A DNA stretch of 64,000 nt, taken from NCBI RefSeq assembly GCF_902652985.1, contig NC_047022.1, positions 17,112,001 to 17,176,000 of the forward strand, given 5' to 3'. The DNA comes from Pecten maximus (taxonomy: Eukaryota). The stretch's first letter is position 1; each line of letters opens with the position of its first letter. Below, piece after piece: positions 27,409 through 40,699 of this stretch. A program made the position numbers and the translations under genes. The notes under the pieces were generated by a model. The model saw only the letters and a program-made list of their open reading frames with translations. It did no database searches and had not been told where the DNA came from.

Positions 27409-30400
27409 ATGAAAACAATAGCCATCATCGGAGCTGGATGTAGCGGCCTGACTGCCATAAAGTGTTGTATAGACGAGGAACTGATCCCTGTTTGTTTCGA
27501 AAGAGAAAATGACATCGGTGGATTATGGAATTACAAAGAAAATTCAAAAGTAGGAACCGGCAGTGTGTATCGGTCATGTGTTATGAACACCAGTAAAGAA
27601 ATGATGGCGTTTAGTGACTTTCCACCTCCTGAGGATTTTCCTGTTTTCCTACCACACAGATATGTCAATAACTATTTTCAACTTTACGCGGACAATTTCG
27701 ATTTACGGAAATATATAAAATTCCGTACTATTGTCACCCGGGTGGTCCCGTCTCCGGATTACGATCAAACTGGCTGTTGGGACGTGACGTATTGTTCATG
27801 TTCTGGATCAGACTTCGAAAAAGTTACCCGGAGATTCGATGGAATTTTGATCTGTACTGGACATCACACTTTCCCGATGACCCCGGAGTTCGAGGGAAAA
27901 GACGGATTCCAGGGAAAGGTGATGCACACACATAGCTACCGCTCCAACAAGGATCTCACAGACCAAAACGTTCTTGTGGTCGGTAAGTTAATCAGTGAAC
28001 ATTTTCTTTCGATTTTCTTTTTTTGTCACGTTGATATATTTCACAGTAGACACTAAGGTATCGTATTTGCAATACTAGGCAATTGCACGATATTTTCACG
28101 AACCCTTCTAATATAAAAAAGCAACAAACCAAAACACAAAAAAAAATCCCACAAAAACAACAAAAACCAAAAACAACTAAAACAAACACAAACAAAAAAC
28201 CGTCATATACATAATTAAACATTAAAAAACGACCGATACCGTGTTTCCGAATCAAATTAACCTGCTATATCTTTTTTAATATTTCACTTCACAAATCGTG
28301 TGATGCACTAAACTAAACATCCTCCGATACACCCCACTAAACATCCTCCGATACACCCCAATAAACATCCTCCGATACACCCGACTAAACATCCTCCGAT
28401 ACATGCCACTAAACATCCTCCGATACACCCCAAAAAACATCCTCAGATCCACCCCACTAAACATCCTCCGATACACTCCACTAAACATCCTCCGATACAC
28501 CCCACTAAACATCCTCCGATACACCCCACTAAACATCCTCCGATACACTCCACTAAACATCCTCCGATACACCCCACTAAACATCCTCCGATCCACCCCA
28601 CTAAACATCCTCCGATACACCCGACTAAACATCCCCCAATACACCCTAATAAACATCCTCCGATACACCCCACTAAACATCCTCCGATACACCCCACTAA
28701 ACATCCTCCGATACACCCCACTAAACATCCTCCGATACACCCCAATAAACATCCTCCGATACACCCCACTAAACATCCTCCGATACACCCCACTAAACAT
28801 CCTCCGATCCACCCCACTAAACATCCTCCGATACACCCGACTAAACATCCTCCGATACACCCCAATAAACATCCTCCGATACAACCCAACAAACATCCTC
28901 CGATACACCCCACTAAACATCCTCCGATACACCCCACTAAACATCCTCCGATACACCCCAATAAACAAGTCAAGTCATGTTTACTGAACTTATTTCCTTA
29001 ACAGATTTCAATAAATTTGATGTAAATTGTGGGTACTGGTATGGCATATGAAATTGCGTATTGTCATCTTATATATTAATGGGGTTTAACCCGATACACC
29101 CCCATAAACGTCTTCCGACAAACATCCTCTTTTATAACCTACGTTCTAAACGTTTTTTAAAAGCTTATTCCCAATATTTGAATCTTTTCTGACTGTTTTA
29201 CGTAATCTGTTTTTTATAGTGTTAATATATTTATCTATACTTGTAGTTCAGAAAATATAAATCAATCAATCAATCAATTCTGTTATATCACAAGTACAAG
29301 TTTATAGTTACAAAGTGGAAAACATAGTTTAATTTCGGGATAAATCATCTTAAACATGATAAAATATAAAATGCTAATACTGTATACCTGGTAATTTTCG
29401 TCTCCGTTTAATTTTTGCCATTTTCGCCCTTTGAAGATAGGGCGAATTTAAGATGAAGGCGAAAATTTCAAACTGACTTTAAGGATTTATAAGCCATAGT
29501 ACAAGGGCCAAGTGCAGTCAGATCACAAACATGCCCTCTTATTTTTCCACTGTAAAATCACGTACTATTCTTAGCATTTTCAATTAAAAAATGATACATA
29601 CTAAGTTATTTTAAAAAATCAGTCATTTTTTTTTTTAAATTATGTAGTCCGGTCATGATTAAAATGAAATACAGAGTGGTATCAAATTCCTGCCATGGAA
29701 AAGACTAATTTTATGAGTTAACCGTCGCTTAATTGTGGCTTCCATTCATGTACATGTGAACATAAATGATCATGTTTGCTGAAAATCACCCATGCATACC
29801 CGATACTAATTGAATCAGCAGTGACTAAAAGAAAATCTGAGCACAGGTAAACGTTCTTTGTTTCACACCTGATTACATTTCACATATCATGCTGGTAAGA
29901 CAATTGGGGAACTTGATAAGTCCCGAGTGGTCCGATTGCAACTGTATTGAGAATTCCGAACGGAATTTTTCGATTTTACAAAAGATGAAAAGGATATTTC
30001 TTGAAAATCATTTAGGGGGAATTTAAAACGGGGCGAATATGTTTTGTGTTGCTCAAGGGCGAAAATAATTGGGGCGAAAATTACCAGGTATACAGTATTC
30101 TGAAAAAGAACTGTTACATATATATGTCATTGGACAAATCGCTTATACGTGACTGATGTTAAATAGTGATATTGACTAGCAAACCAGTAAATAACAGATA
30201 AAAGGTTAATAACAGCACCGCTGATTATCATAAAACAATTATGGACTTTTTAATTGGTTGATATGCTGTGATATTAATCAAAAGGAAATATATTGACCGA
30301 GGCGAGGTAAAAAGCCCATAATTGTATAATATCAATCCATCTTATTGGCCTTGATGAAAGTCGCGTTTTAGGTTGTACGTGGGTGGAGAAAATAAAATAA

Positions 30401-33400
30401 AATAAATATCCCTTTGAGCTGTTTTGGTTTCCTTAAATAGAATTAAACTATACCTATTCAGATCAGAATGACATGACTGGGTCATGATCGTATTCTGTAT
30501 ACGTGACATTTGTTTTTTTTTATTTTATGTTTATTTTACAAGACATTAACAATTTACATACAATACACAATGCTATTCAGGGTCGGCAGTGTTTACATCA
30601 TAAACAATTCTGACAGGATTTTCTACCAGATGTTCTCAATATAATCAAATAACGATATCCAGTCAGTGCATTGTTTCAATTAGAAAAACAGAAAAAAAAC
30701 ATTATTATGCCTGTGACGTCATAACACTATAGTATCGTGAAATTCCATTTCTAAAGATACGCACTTACTGTCATTCGGAAGTCTCTGTTTGTAACTAGAC
30801 ACACAAGTAACTGCGCATTAGATACGAAATTTAGTAATAAATAAATTTCGTATTTGCCGAATAATGAATATAAAACTATACCATTCAGCTGTCCTGTCCT
30901 TGTAATCAAAAGGGGGCGAAAGTGTGAAGATTGTCAAGTGAAAAAGAAAGGGAAAGACGAAAAACACAAGTATGAATATCACATTTAAACGCAAAAATAA
31001 TTATAGATACATGCACACATTAATTCATGAATGATGAATTTTAAACAGCATCATAGTGCTTTTCGTTTTTCATGACTCGTCAGTTATGTTAAACCTTTTT
31101 ATTCTATAGAAAAAACTCTATTTCATATATGGTGTGAAAGGCTGGACGATGACTGATATAGTGTCAAAACTACACGGTATATGTATTTACCATGATTGTT
31201 AACAGACACACTTATACGTACACTTCTCTGTTACCACTTGAACAATTTCAAACTTCGGGTAGCACTATATTTACCTGTGATTACGGCCATAGGTCATAAT
31301 CAGATGCAGCCCTGGACGGATGTGACACACGTGTCACACTATTATTTATATGTATTGACTTGGCATTGGACGACGACGACATTTTTACAGTGTTACTTTA
31401 AACACAACCCTGTAACAGAAATAAAATACAAATTTCCATTCTTTCATTGTTTGATATGATTTAAATTTTAATTATGCAAATAAGATATCTACAGAAGTGC
31501 AAATACCATATCGACCGAAATGCAAACTCTGTATGTTAGTCATCTTAATGTAAAGACATAGTTCATGGAAGGGTTATACAGTTGATACTGTGGTGAAGAG
31601 TGCCATTCATTACGGACCAAAGATCAGTTCTTTCATCCTTCTAGGACTCGTCAAACGCTGTGGAAATACAGTGTATGTAAGAGAGGTTAGAAAAATGGGA
31701 AAAAAAGGTATTCGAAGGAAATATGAGAATTGCAGACATCCTTCAAAAATCGCTTTGATAACAATGTTGTATATACTGAGTATATATATATATATATATA
31801 TTTCTGCTACAGGAATTGGAAACTCCGGAGCAGATATTGCTGTTGATATCAGCCACGCTGCTTCACAGGTAGGTTGTCATTTACGATTATCTTACTTCTG
31901 TTGTACGCCAAATCAAACTACAAAATGACGTTCCTTTTGATTCTTTACAAATTAAAATGCTACAACGTAAACATATACGATCCCCAAGCTTGCTTGATGT
32001 GAGTAATTTAGTCAGTGCCACAATGTGAGTCTTGATTTCCGTTTTCACTTACACATATAACTAGAGTATTCACAGATGATATTGGCTATTACATAGGCTT
32101 TTGTATATTTTTTACCAAGCTACAAGGAAATATTTCACAAAGCAATTGACATTTTATCTTATGTACCACAATAACATTGGTAGAACTTGCAGATGCATAC
32201 ACATATTAAACGTTTTTCCTTTTAGAATATAAGATATATTTAAAAAAATTATATCTAAGATAGTTATTAATATGTTGAGTTTGGTCAACATAGTTATCAC
32301 AGACTACAGTCCATTGGAGAGGAAATTTCTTGAGATCTTCTCTACACCTTAGAAACTATCTTGGATATCTCAGATAATTTTTAAATGGACAATAAGCCAT
32401 CATTCCAGTCAATATTAATTATACAAAAGACAAACAAGATATTAACACCTTTCAATATAAATGGAGAGCTAGATACAGAGGAGCCAAAAAATAAATTAAA
32501 CTCAGTTATACAACTAGTTCGTCTTTCTACGACTCGTCAGTGAGACTAATGGCTTACAATGTTGATACGTAGCCGGCGATAGAAGACACCGATTTAGGGC
32601 CGAAGAAATTTAGATGGAGAGGCCCTATAGCCTGATATCATAAGTGAAATAAGTTGTAATGATCATTTTTTAATTATCGGATTTCAATTAATGTTAAGCA
32701 CATGACTATGTATGTTGCGCAATAGAGTTTAACATTCATTGAAGCACGTTGATTTTGTCTCCACCTAGCATCATCTGTGCCTTGATCTTAATAAAAATAG
32801 TTTTCAAAATGAGGTCTGATTATCCTGATTGACGGATTTTGTGGCCAATGTCGTCACTAACCTATTTTTCTCGATGTAGTCGTGACGTTACTTATATTTA
32901 TTTTGTATTTACATGGCAGGTTTAAATGGCCAATGTTTATTCTTCTGGAAGACCCAGCTACAAAAATATTTACATTCGGAATGGTGATAATCGGTAATTC
33001 ACGAAAATTGAGAAACCCGGATATAAATGACATTTTTTTGTATAATGGTGCCCTACCCAGACCCTACTTGATACATGCTACCCTTGTTTGTGGCCTATTT
33101 CAATGTTAACAAGCATGATACTAAACCAAAAAATATATTTACTTTAAATAAAAGGATTCGGTTTTAATGATTTCACACATATGTATGTTTTCGGAGCTCC
33201 CTTCAACAATGTAATGTTCAAATCTTTTCTTTTTATTTAACAGGTGTATCTAAGCACGCGCAGAGGTGCATGGATCATTAACCGGAAGGGGTTTTGGGGA
33301 CTTCCGGCAGATGCAATGGCTAACAGTAGATTTGCATTCATGCTACCAAAAAGCGCCCTCCAGTGGGGAGTAGAGAAAATGTCCAATTTCAACTTTGATC

Positions 33401-35971
33401 ACAAGAAATATGGCATTAAGCCAGCTAACAGGTGAAGCTACTAACATGAGGTACCCTGTATCTTACTGTAGATTACACGAGTACTATGTGAGGACTATTC
33501 GACTCTTTAGCAATAGTAATCGTGGTATACATTTACTCCTTTAAAATATCGTCGGAATATATTTATTCTTATCAGCCACAACATAAATTAAATTCAATTT
33601 ATTTTTCAATTAAGTTATCAAAATTAAGGATATTATGCTTATCGTAGAGATGTACAAGTTACTTTCACGTTTCTTTGAATTAATTTACGTAGTATTTTAT
33701 CCTTTTTGTGTTACTAATTTTAGAGCCTTGCAGTCACATCCCACTATAAACGACGAACTTCCACTTCGCCTGTTAACCGGATGCATCAAGATAAAACCAA
33801 ATGTACGAAAATTCGCACACGACAAAGTCTCGTTTGAGGACGGGAGTTCAGAGAAGATCGACACAGTTATTTTTGCCACTGGATACAACTACACGATACC
33901 AATAGTGGACGAATCCATTACGAGGGTGAAGGAAAATGAAACCTGTCTCTACAAGTTTATGTACCCTCCCCACCTGCAACACCCTACTCTAGGCATTATT
34001 GGACTTGTCCAGGCGATCGGAGCTGTCATGCCAATATCGGAAATACAATGCCGATGGTATACAAGAGTCATAAAGGGTGAGATTTGATTTTTTTGTTTCA
34101 CTTTTAATTTTAACAAGTTTGATTTCTACATTAAAATGAATACAAGAACAGTCATAATATATATCATTTTTCTCCAATTAGTAAAAACGAGTGTCTTAAT
34201 AGTTTCTGTCGAAAACGATCTAGTGTTAAAAATGTTATCATAGTTTTAAATCAACAAGGTAAAATTAATAGGCTATATAGAAATGTTGAGGATATGGATC
34301 TAGTTTGAAAACCACTGATTACTAATTCTAATCAAATTATATCAATACAAAATGTTTATAAAGCTACGATGAATTGCCCTACCGATAATTTATTGTAATA
34401 AGCTTAGGTGATTTGTTTTATCAATAATTGACCAATTAAAATGCTTCTCTCTCGCAAATTTGGACTATTCAAGCACTTATATAACGATGAAAGATATAGT
34501 ATAAGCCTCAGTTGTTAAAACATATATCAGTTGTAGCGGAAGTGACACCTGTTGGTGTCGTCTGCTGGTTTAGTTCTACCATCTCGGATAATTATTATAT
34601 AATAATTAAACCTTCAGTATTCTACATGATTAAATATATGATGAGCGATGAACTAGATAATGATGATTATACAGAATACGTGAAATTTTGATAGCTCAGA
34701 TACGAAAAGCAAAAATATCAAATTTTCTTCAAATTTCAAAATACATGTTTAGATATCAGGTTTTTTGGAATGATAAGACAAAGAAGCGGATAAAGGATTT
34801 TTTTCTGCTTTTATAAGGACTTTGCAAACTTCCTACGGAAGCGGAAATGATGGCTGACATTGCGCGAAAAAGAGAGACGGTTGCTAGTGGTTACTACACC
34901 GCTAAACGCCACACAATCCAGGTAGGTCACAATTATCGACATTAACTTATATAGAAGGATATTCCCCGTTTTTCAGTGTTTAATATTATTCTACAGCAGT
35001 CGATCGCGTATTTGTTGCGGAGTAAAATCCGGGTTTGCCAAACCATTTGCCGTTTGTGACATCGCTTTTGTTGGCGTAATCATTTCTAAGAGAAGAGAGT
35101 CCATCAATAAAAGCAGATTTTTTTTGAAAGACTGTGTAGAGTTAGTTAAATCATAAGAATTAAGTTGAATATATTTTTATGTTTTGGACTTATAACACAA
35201 AAACACAAAACGGAGTGTACTCTCACCATCAAACGCTACGCGTTTTATTTAGTGCACATTCCGTTTTTTGTGTTAAATCTCCATAACATAAACTATATGT
35301 ATAATTTAACCCCAAAGTAACTCAAAAACATGAAGACTAGCCACGATTGATCATGACACCTTTCGTACAAGACGATTCTACCACAAAGCTCATTTGAGTG
35401 TGAAACAATTACTTGAAACAAAGTTGAAGAAATAACCTCGTGAATATATTATGTTTGTGTTAAGTTGAAATATGTTTTCCTTTATCTAAAGACATTCTGG
35501 ATTGACTACATGGACGATGTTGCTGAACAAATTGGCGTGAAACCCAACTTACGGCGAATGGTTTTTGAGGACCCATATCTAGCCCTGAACTGTGTTTTCG
35601 GACCTTGCCTTCCTGCACAGTATCGTTTGGAAGGCCCAGGAAAATGGAACGGTGCCAAATCATCTATCCTAAATGCCATGAACCGGTATAGCGCCTCCAT
35701 GCGGTCAAAAGTTATGCCAAAGAATCATAGTTCGTCCGCTATGAAAAACATTGACAATAGTTCAGCTTCGACTGGAAACAAGATTATTGACCTTTTGACA
35801 CGCATTGGGATCAGGAAGCGTAACTCCGCTTTGACTCTAGACAAGAATGAACACTCGTCACTGATAACAGACACCACAAACAGCAATATTGCGACTTTCC
35901 CAACATTTCTGAAATCCTTCTATACTATTTTTATTGTTATGTTCCTGTTCTTTTGTGTGTGTGTTGTTTGA
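27409..35971 (+). CDS. Flavin-containing monooxygenase (dimethylaniline monooxygenase, FMO5/FMO2-like), 6 exons, about 584 aa
   Basis: Exons 27409-27982, 31813-31868, 33244-33431, 33724-34076, 34818-34921 and 35492-35971; all GT-AG, phases 1,0,2,1,0, total 1755 nt. Motifs: FAD-binding GAGCSG, GGLW, NTSKEMM, FMO signature FQGKVMHTHSY, NADPH-binding GIGNSG, FATGY, YRLEGPGKW, and a C-terminal hydrophobic anchor. Confidence 0.96.
28312..28967. repeat. 24-bp minisatellite (CCACTAAACATCCTCCGATACACC), about 27 copies, in FMO intron 1
   Basis: Near-perfect tandem array; generates stop-free octapeptide ORFs on both strands. Confidence 0.95.
29380..30095. mobile_element. MITE / non-autonomous TIR transposon with TA target duplication (Tc1/mariner-pogo type), in FMO intron 1
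   Basis: TA|CTGTATACCTGGTAATTTTCG ... CGAAAATTACCAGGTATACAG|TA: a perfect 21-bp TIR, with subterminal GGGCGAA motifs. Confidence 0.88.
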
Positions 35972-38854
35972 ACTTTGACAGAATGCTACGGATTTTTCGA
36001 ATGACGCGCCATGTATTTGCCAATTTAATAAAATTATCACTCAATAAGAGTAAGAAATGTCCCATTTTAAAGTTTTTTTCTTAGAAACTAGCATTGTTTG
36101 GCAAACGCATATGACTTGAATTGATATATTCAGGGATACTGCGTCGCGCTTAACATTTATCTGTCTGTGTGCGGCAAGCCGTCCTTATTTTTTTAGAATA
36201 TGTTTTTAGATAATGTCGAATTTGCTCTTATTATGATCACTCTCTTGTCTGTTTTCCTAAACGTTTAATGATGTATGTGTACTGACATTTTAGCAATAAA
36301 GCAATTAAATTGCAAATATTAACTTTGAATGGAATATTGATAGTTTCTGGAAATACTTATTCAGATGTATTAAGAAGTATATTCAGTCGTTCCGTTCATA
36401 GATCGAAATATAAATATATATATATATATACCTGTATATATTGTGTAAAATGTGTTCAGACATATGTATCCATTATACTCATGCACAGTAGTGTCTTTTA
36501 AACTTGTGGAATGAAATAACTTTTTAGAAGATCATGTAAACTAAGATAACATATAAATATTTGTATTGTTGCAAATTCTGATATTTTTATTCATTGAGGA
36601 GTAGTGAAGCTTAAAACTGTCCCATTTTTGATGTTACCAAAAGGCAGTTGTTAACTAATTTATAGTTTTTTTTTTTTTTTTGTAATTTTATCTCATTCTT
36701 TTGTTTCTCTTTAACGGTTTAAATATTCCATTTTCGTTGTGTTTTTATTTACTAATTTTTGTTAACGCTACACCAGGGATACGTTATTTAGGAAATGTAT
36801 ACTAGTTTTTATTATGTCTAAGTATAAAAGAGTGCTTTATGAAAACAATTTTACAAGGTCGAAAATACATTCATGCACATAAATTGATAATAATGTTTTC
36901 CAATACTGATATCAAAGAACGAATACATTATTATGTGATGCAAATGATGAGTATTATTGTTTTAAGGTGATATCAACGTTGAATTTACATTCTCAAGTAA
37001 AATGCCATCAAATACTTGTAATACATTGTAATACAACCGTAGTACAAGGGAGGTAATCACATGTTTAATGTTGTTGTAAAATGGCGTTTGTAATATAGAA
37101 AGTGGTGTAATATTGATTAATTGTTGAATATACGTTAAATATTTCTTTTCGCAATTGAAAATTGAAGATTTACTATATAGTGTTTTACGGCAGGAATTGG
37201 TGCATCAATACATGTATAAGATTTCGCTCTTCCGTTGGATTTAATCGAAAATGAAGATCGCTATGTAAATAATAAAGATGTATACCATTTAAATATATTC
37301 AACAATTAGCTCGCACTAAAATCTTTTGATCAAAATTAACGAAAGGGTTAATCTGACGCAGACTTAATTGATTTTGTTTAATTGTTGGGTTTCCTCGGCG
37401 TAAAAATGTATTTTTTTTTGTCTGAGGTTTTTAGTAATATAAATTTCGTCGTCGAAATACTAAGTTCTGTACGATATGAAGTCAGATATTTTCCGAGTTA
37501 AATTATTTACCAGGCAGTTCTGTTGTAATTACCCCGTTTCTTATTTGAAGAGTGTTACATGACCTTGATTGTTACCTAGATTTACACGAAATGTCGTCGA
37601 CGAATAATCTTACTCTTCCAATGCATAATTCCCTAAAACCTTTCTTGGGTTTCAATTTAAATGACTAGTGTGTTCATATTTTGTTTCCGCTATGTCGATA
37701 TTGAGTTAGGATTATTAGCATTTCCTTGACATATCTTTAATAATAATAATTGGAATAAAATAAAGGGAGATAACCATTCGATTTATGTTTATTAAAACGA
37801 CCATTACTTCAATTTACCATTTACGAAGCTATGACCTCTTAAGTATTTGACAAACAGATGAAATTCGACGTTGTTACCCACATTACATGATTATTATATC
37901 AAATGTTTCGAGAAGTTTCATTTTGCCTGTTTCAAGAGAATTGACACTGAATATGTTTGATTTTTGTACATAAAATACCTAAGTATTAACGTCCCCTCTA
38001 TGTAGAGACCAATATTCAGATTGGATATTCTGGAGAAAAAAGAATTCTCGATAATATTGATAACAATTGTATATAAAAAATAATTCCTTGTTTTTATGGA
38101 ATATAATTTATATTATATCCTCCTTATCCCCCTCGCTGCAAACAACTTAATTAAGCTCCCTTCTTTATTTTTGCAGAAGAATCACTGCTTTGAAATTAGT
38201 TAGCTAAAAGTGTTTCACAAATAAGCCATACTCAAAATTTTAATTTTAGTATTTACTCTAGAGGAAGGTCTAATTTGAAGATAAATACGATATATTACAT
38301 AGAAAAGTCGGCAATAATCCAATACTTAATTTTAAATAATAGGAATATGATTTTTACTGATAATCTTCTTCTATAGTATATACCTTTGTATGTTACGTAT
38401 ATTTGTATTTTACACGCTGTACCTTATAATGTGCCATATTTGCATTAAAATGTTATAAAATATTAATAACTTGTTCGTTATAACGTTATTATTCATTTCT
38501 CATTCCTATTATGCTAAAAACAATGATAAAATAAGTAACGAATCTTATGTATACGGATTTATTATGACAATGGTATATTGTGTAAGTTATCAACATAATC
38601 AACATTTTTTGTGCTATGATATCAATGATATAATATAAAATCCCTGGACGGACATATACAACATATATTTTCATGTTCATATATTATGTGCTGCTTGATT
38701 TGGAACGAATCAGCGATTCGTAATAGGAAATTGATTTTACACTTTAAATTAACCTGAAGTCAACAAAACAATGCATACAAATTAAGGAATAGACTCCAGC
38801 ACACAGCAGAGTTTCTTAAAATAGCTAGCTGCCATATGATTAGATTTTATATTG

Positions 38855-40623
38855 CTATTCAATTTGTATATTATTTAGAAACCTGTCTTCAAAATCTGTT
38901 TTCGTCATGGATGAATAACAAACCGTCTCGTAATTATTGTGATCGAAATGGTGACCTTGGAAATTAGCACTTGTAATCAACACCTGAGCAGTTTTAGCCT
39001 TAACACCAGCTGCAAACTTGCCATGAAACGTTGACTTAGGATTGGTTATTTTACTCATCACGTGATCTCTCACGTAACTACGATATTTTGGCGAGAATGC
39101 GTCAAGAATAGTCTTTACTAAGGATGCGTAAGCCTCAGGGTCGTCAGGTTTGTACCCGGGACCAAATTTCCAGTACGGAATGAACTTAGGGGGATTCTTC
39201 TTTGGCACACGGACGTTTGAAATTTCTCTGACGTAAATTGCCTTCAGATTTGCTGTCGACTGCTTGTCGAGGAGAAAGAAACAGATCTCAAGTAGTCGTT
39301 CGATGTCCATGAACGGAGTGACGATATAGACTTCCGTGGAGGCCTCGGAGAACCAACGCTGAAGGAGTGACTGCCATACGGGATAAATATCTGTTCTTCC
39401 ATTCACGAATCGACCGATAGATATCTCTTCTGGTGCCTTTAATTTTTTAGTTTCCTTTAAAGAAAGATATTCGATATATGTGATAAGGTCTTTAACGTAC
39501 TTTCTTAATCATAAATATGTACTGTGTAGCAATGTAACCGTCTATAGCTGATGACATTTGAATATTACACACCGACATTAATCAATAGACATTTACACAT
39601 AAAACACCTATACCATTGATAAACATATATAGCATATTCACGTGATGTTATGCCAAGTCACAAAAATTCTTCCTAAGTGTATTCCATCACTCAGTTGCTA
39701 AGCACCTGCAGAAGTTAAAATTGGATAATGTGTTCATAGTCTTAGTTAATTCGAACTCGAATAACGAGAATATCCTGCTGAACTCTTAAGTACAAATTCA
39801 GTTCCAACAAATATTTCTGTAAAATACACACAGTTACCTCGGATACTCGGTATTCTCAGGTTTATATATGACCCCAATGATTTCGAGATAATGAGGTCCG
39901 AGTATACTATATATCGATAATGTTTTTCCTCAAAGTTTAGGGCAAGGAGATTTGTTTAAAAAACAAAAACTTACTTTTTCTGAAGAGACATCTTCTTTTG
40001 CTTCAGTTTTCTTCGTTTTTACCTTGATGTCATTAGATGTGCTGCTGTCCGCTTTCCGTTTTTCATGCCTGTTTGAAATAAATCATAAAGCATTACTGTT
40101 TAGTTGGTAATATTTGCGGGGGATTTTATTTCAACGCGAAAATAAAACACCAGTGAATATTTACACATACACATAAAAAGTGTTTACTGCAGAATGCTTT
40201 ACAAGGCGTGGTTGTGCGAAACATAATATCCGGACTTGAGTCCGATTGGGACAACCGCAAAATATAAACCCTACGAAGATAACTTTCCAGTAATTACTCG
40301 TATACGTTAAAAGGATGAATACATTTTCATTTTGTCACATAATGACATAAGGTTCAGATTTTTTGAATATTTTATAAGAAAAATTGCTTGAAGGATTAAC
40401 CTTTTTTGACAGGTGCAGCTTGTTTGACTTAAATGCTACCTGGATTAATATCGAATGTATATAATATAGCATAACTTATGTTTTATACTCGATACAAATA
40501 CAGGAATGATTCTTCGTTCTACACTTATATCTGTTTCATAATATACAATTTTTTTGTTGTGCGTATGTGATAAAACATTTGTAAACAGAGGAATCAATAT
40601 ATCTACTGTTGTACTTACCCCAT
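38855..40623 (-). CDS. Single-HKD phospholipase-D-fold protein, putative nuclease (Nuc/BfiI-like), 3 exons, about 232 aa
   Basis: Exons 40623-40619 (ATG GG|GTAAGT), 40068-39975 and 39454-38855; phases 2,0; 699 nt. Protein: MGHEKRKADSS...EVYIVTPFMD...TFHGKFAAGVKAKTAQVLITSANFQGHHFDHNNYETV...*. Shows the PLD-superfamily pattern hhTPF...HxK...SAN...NxE. Confidence 0.82.
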
Positions 40624-40656
40624 ATTGCGATCTCGAGTCAGAGGTCCGGCTATAAT

Positions 40657-40699
40657 GACTGATAAATTTAATATATCTTATAAATATATAGATTATATA
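40657..40699 (-). promoter_or_regulatory. Candidate TATA plus Inr core promoter of the PLD-fold gene
   Basis: Minus-strand TATATAAT (40699) and TATATATT (40690), then Inr TCAGTC with its A at 40660, 37 nt before the ATG at 40623. Confidence 0.5.

Noticed and set aside
28276-28987. Three long repetitive ORFs (RRMFSGVY, PLNILRYT and GCIGGCLV repeats)
   Set aside because: Products of a 24-bp minisatellite, a multiple of 3 lacking stops in several frames, inside FMO intron 1; no splice or start context.
35957-35971. CaaX prenylation signal at the FMO C-terminus (CVCVV)
   Set aside because: Cys residues are at -5 and -3, not -4; better read as the end of a transmembrane anchor.
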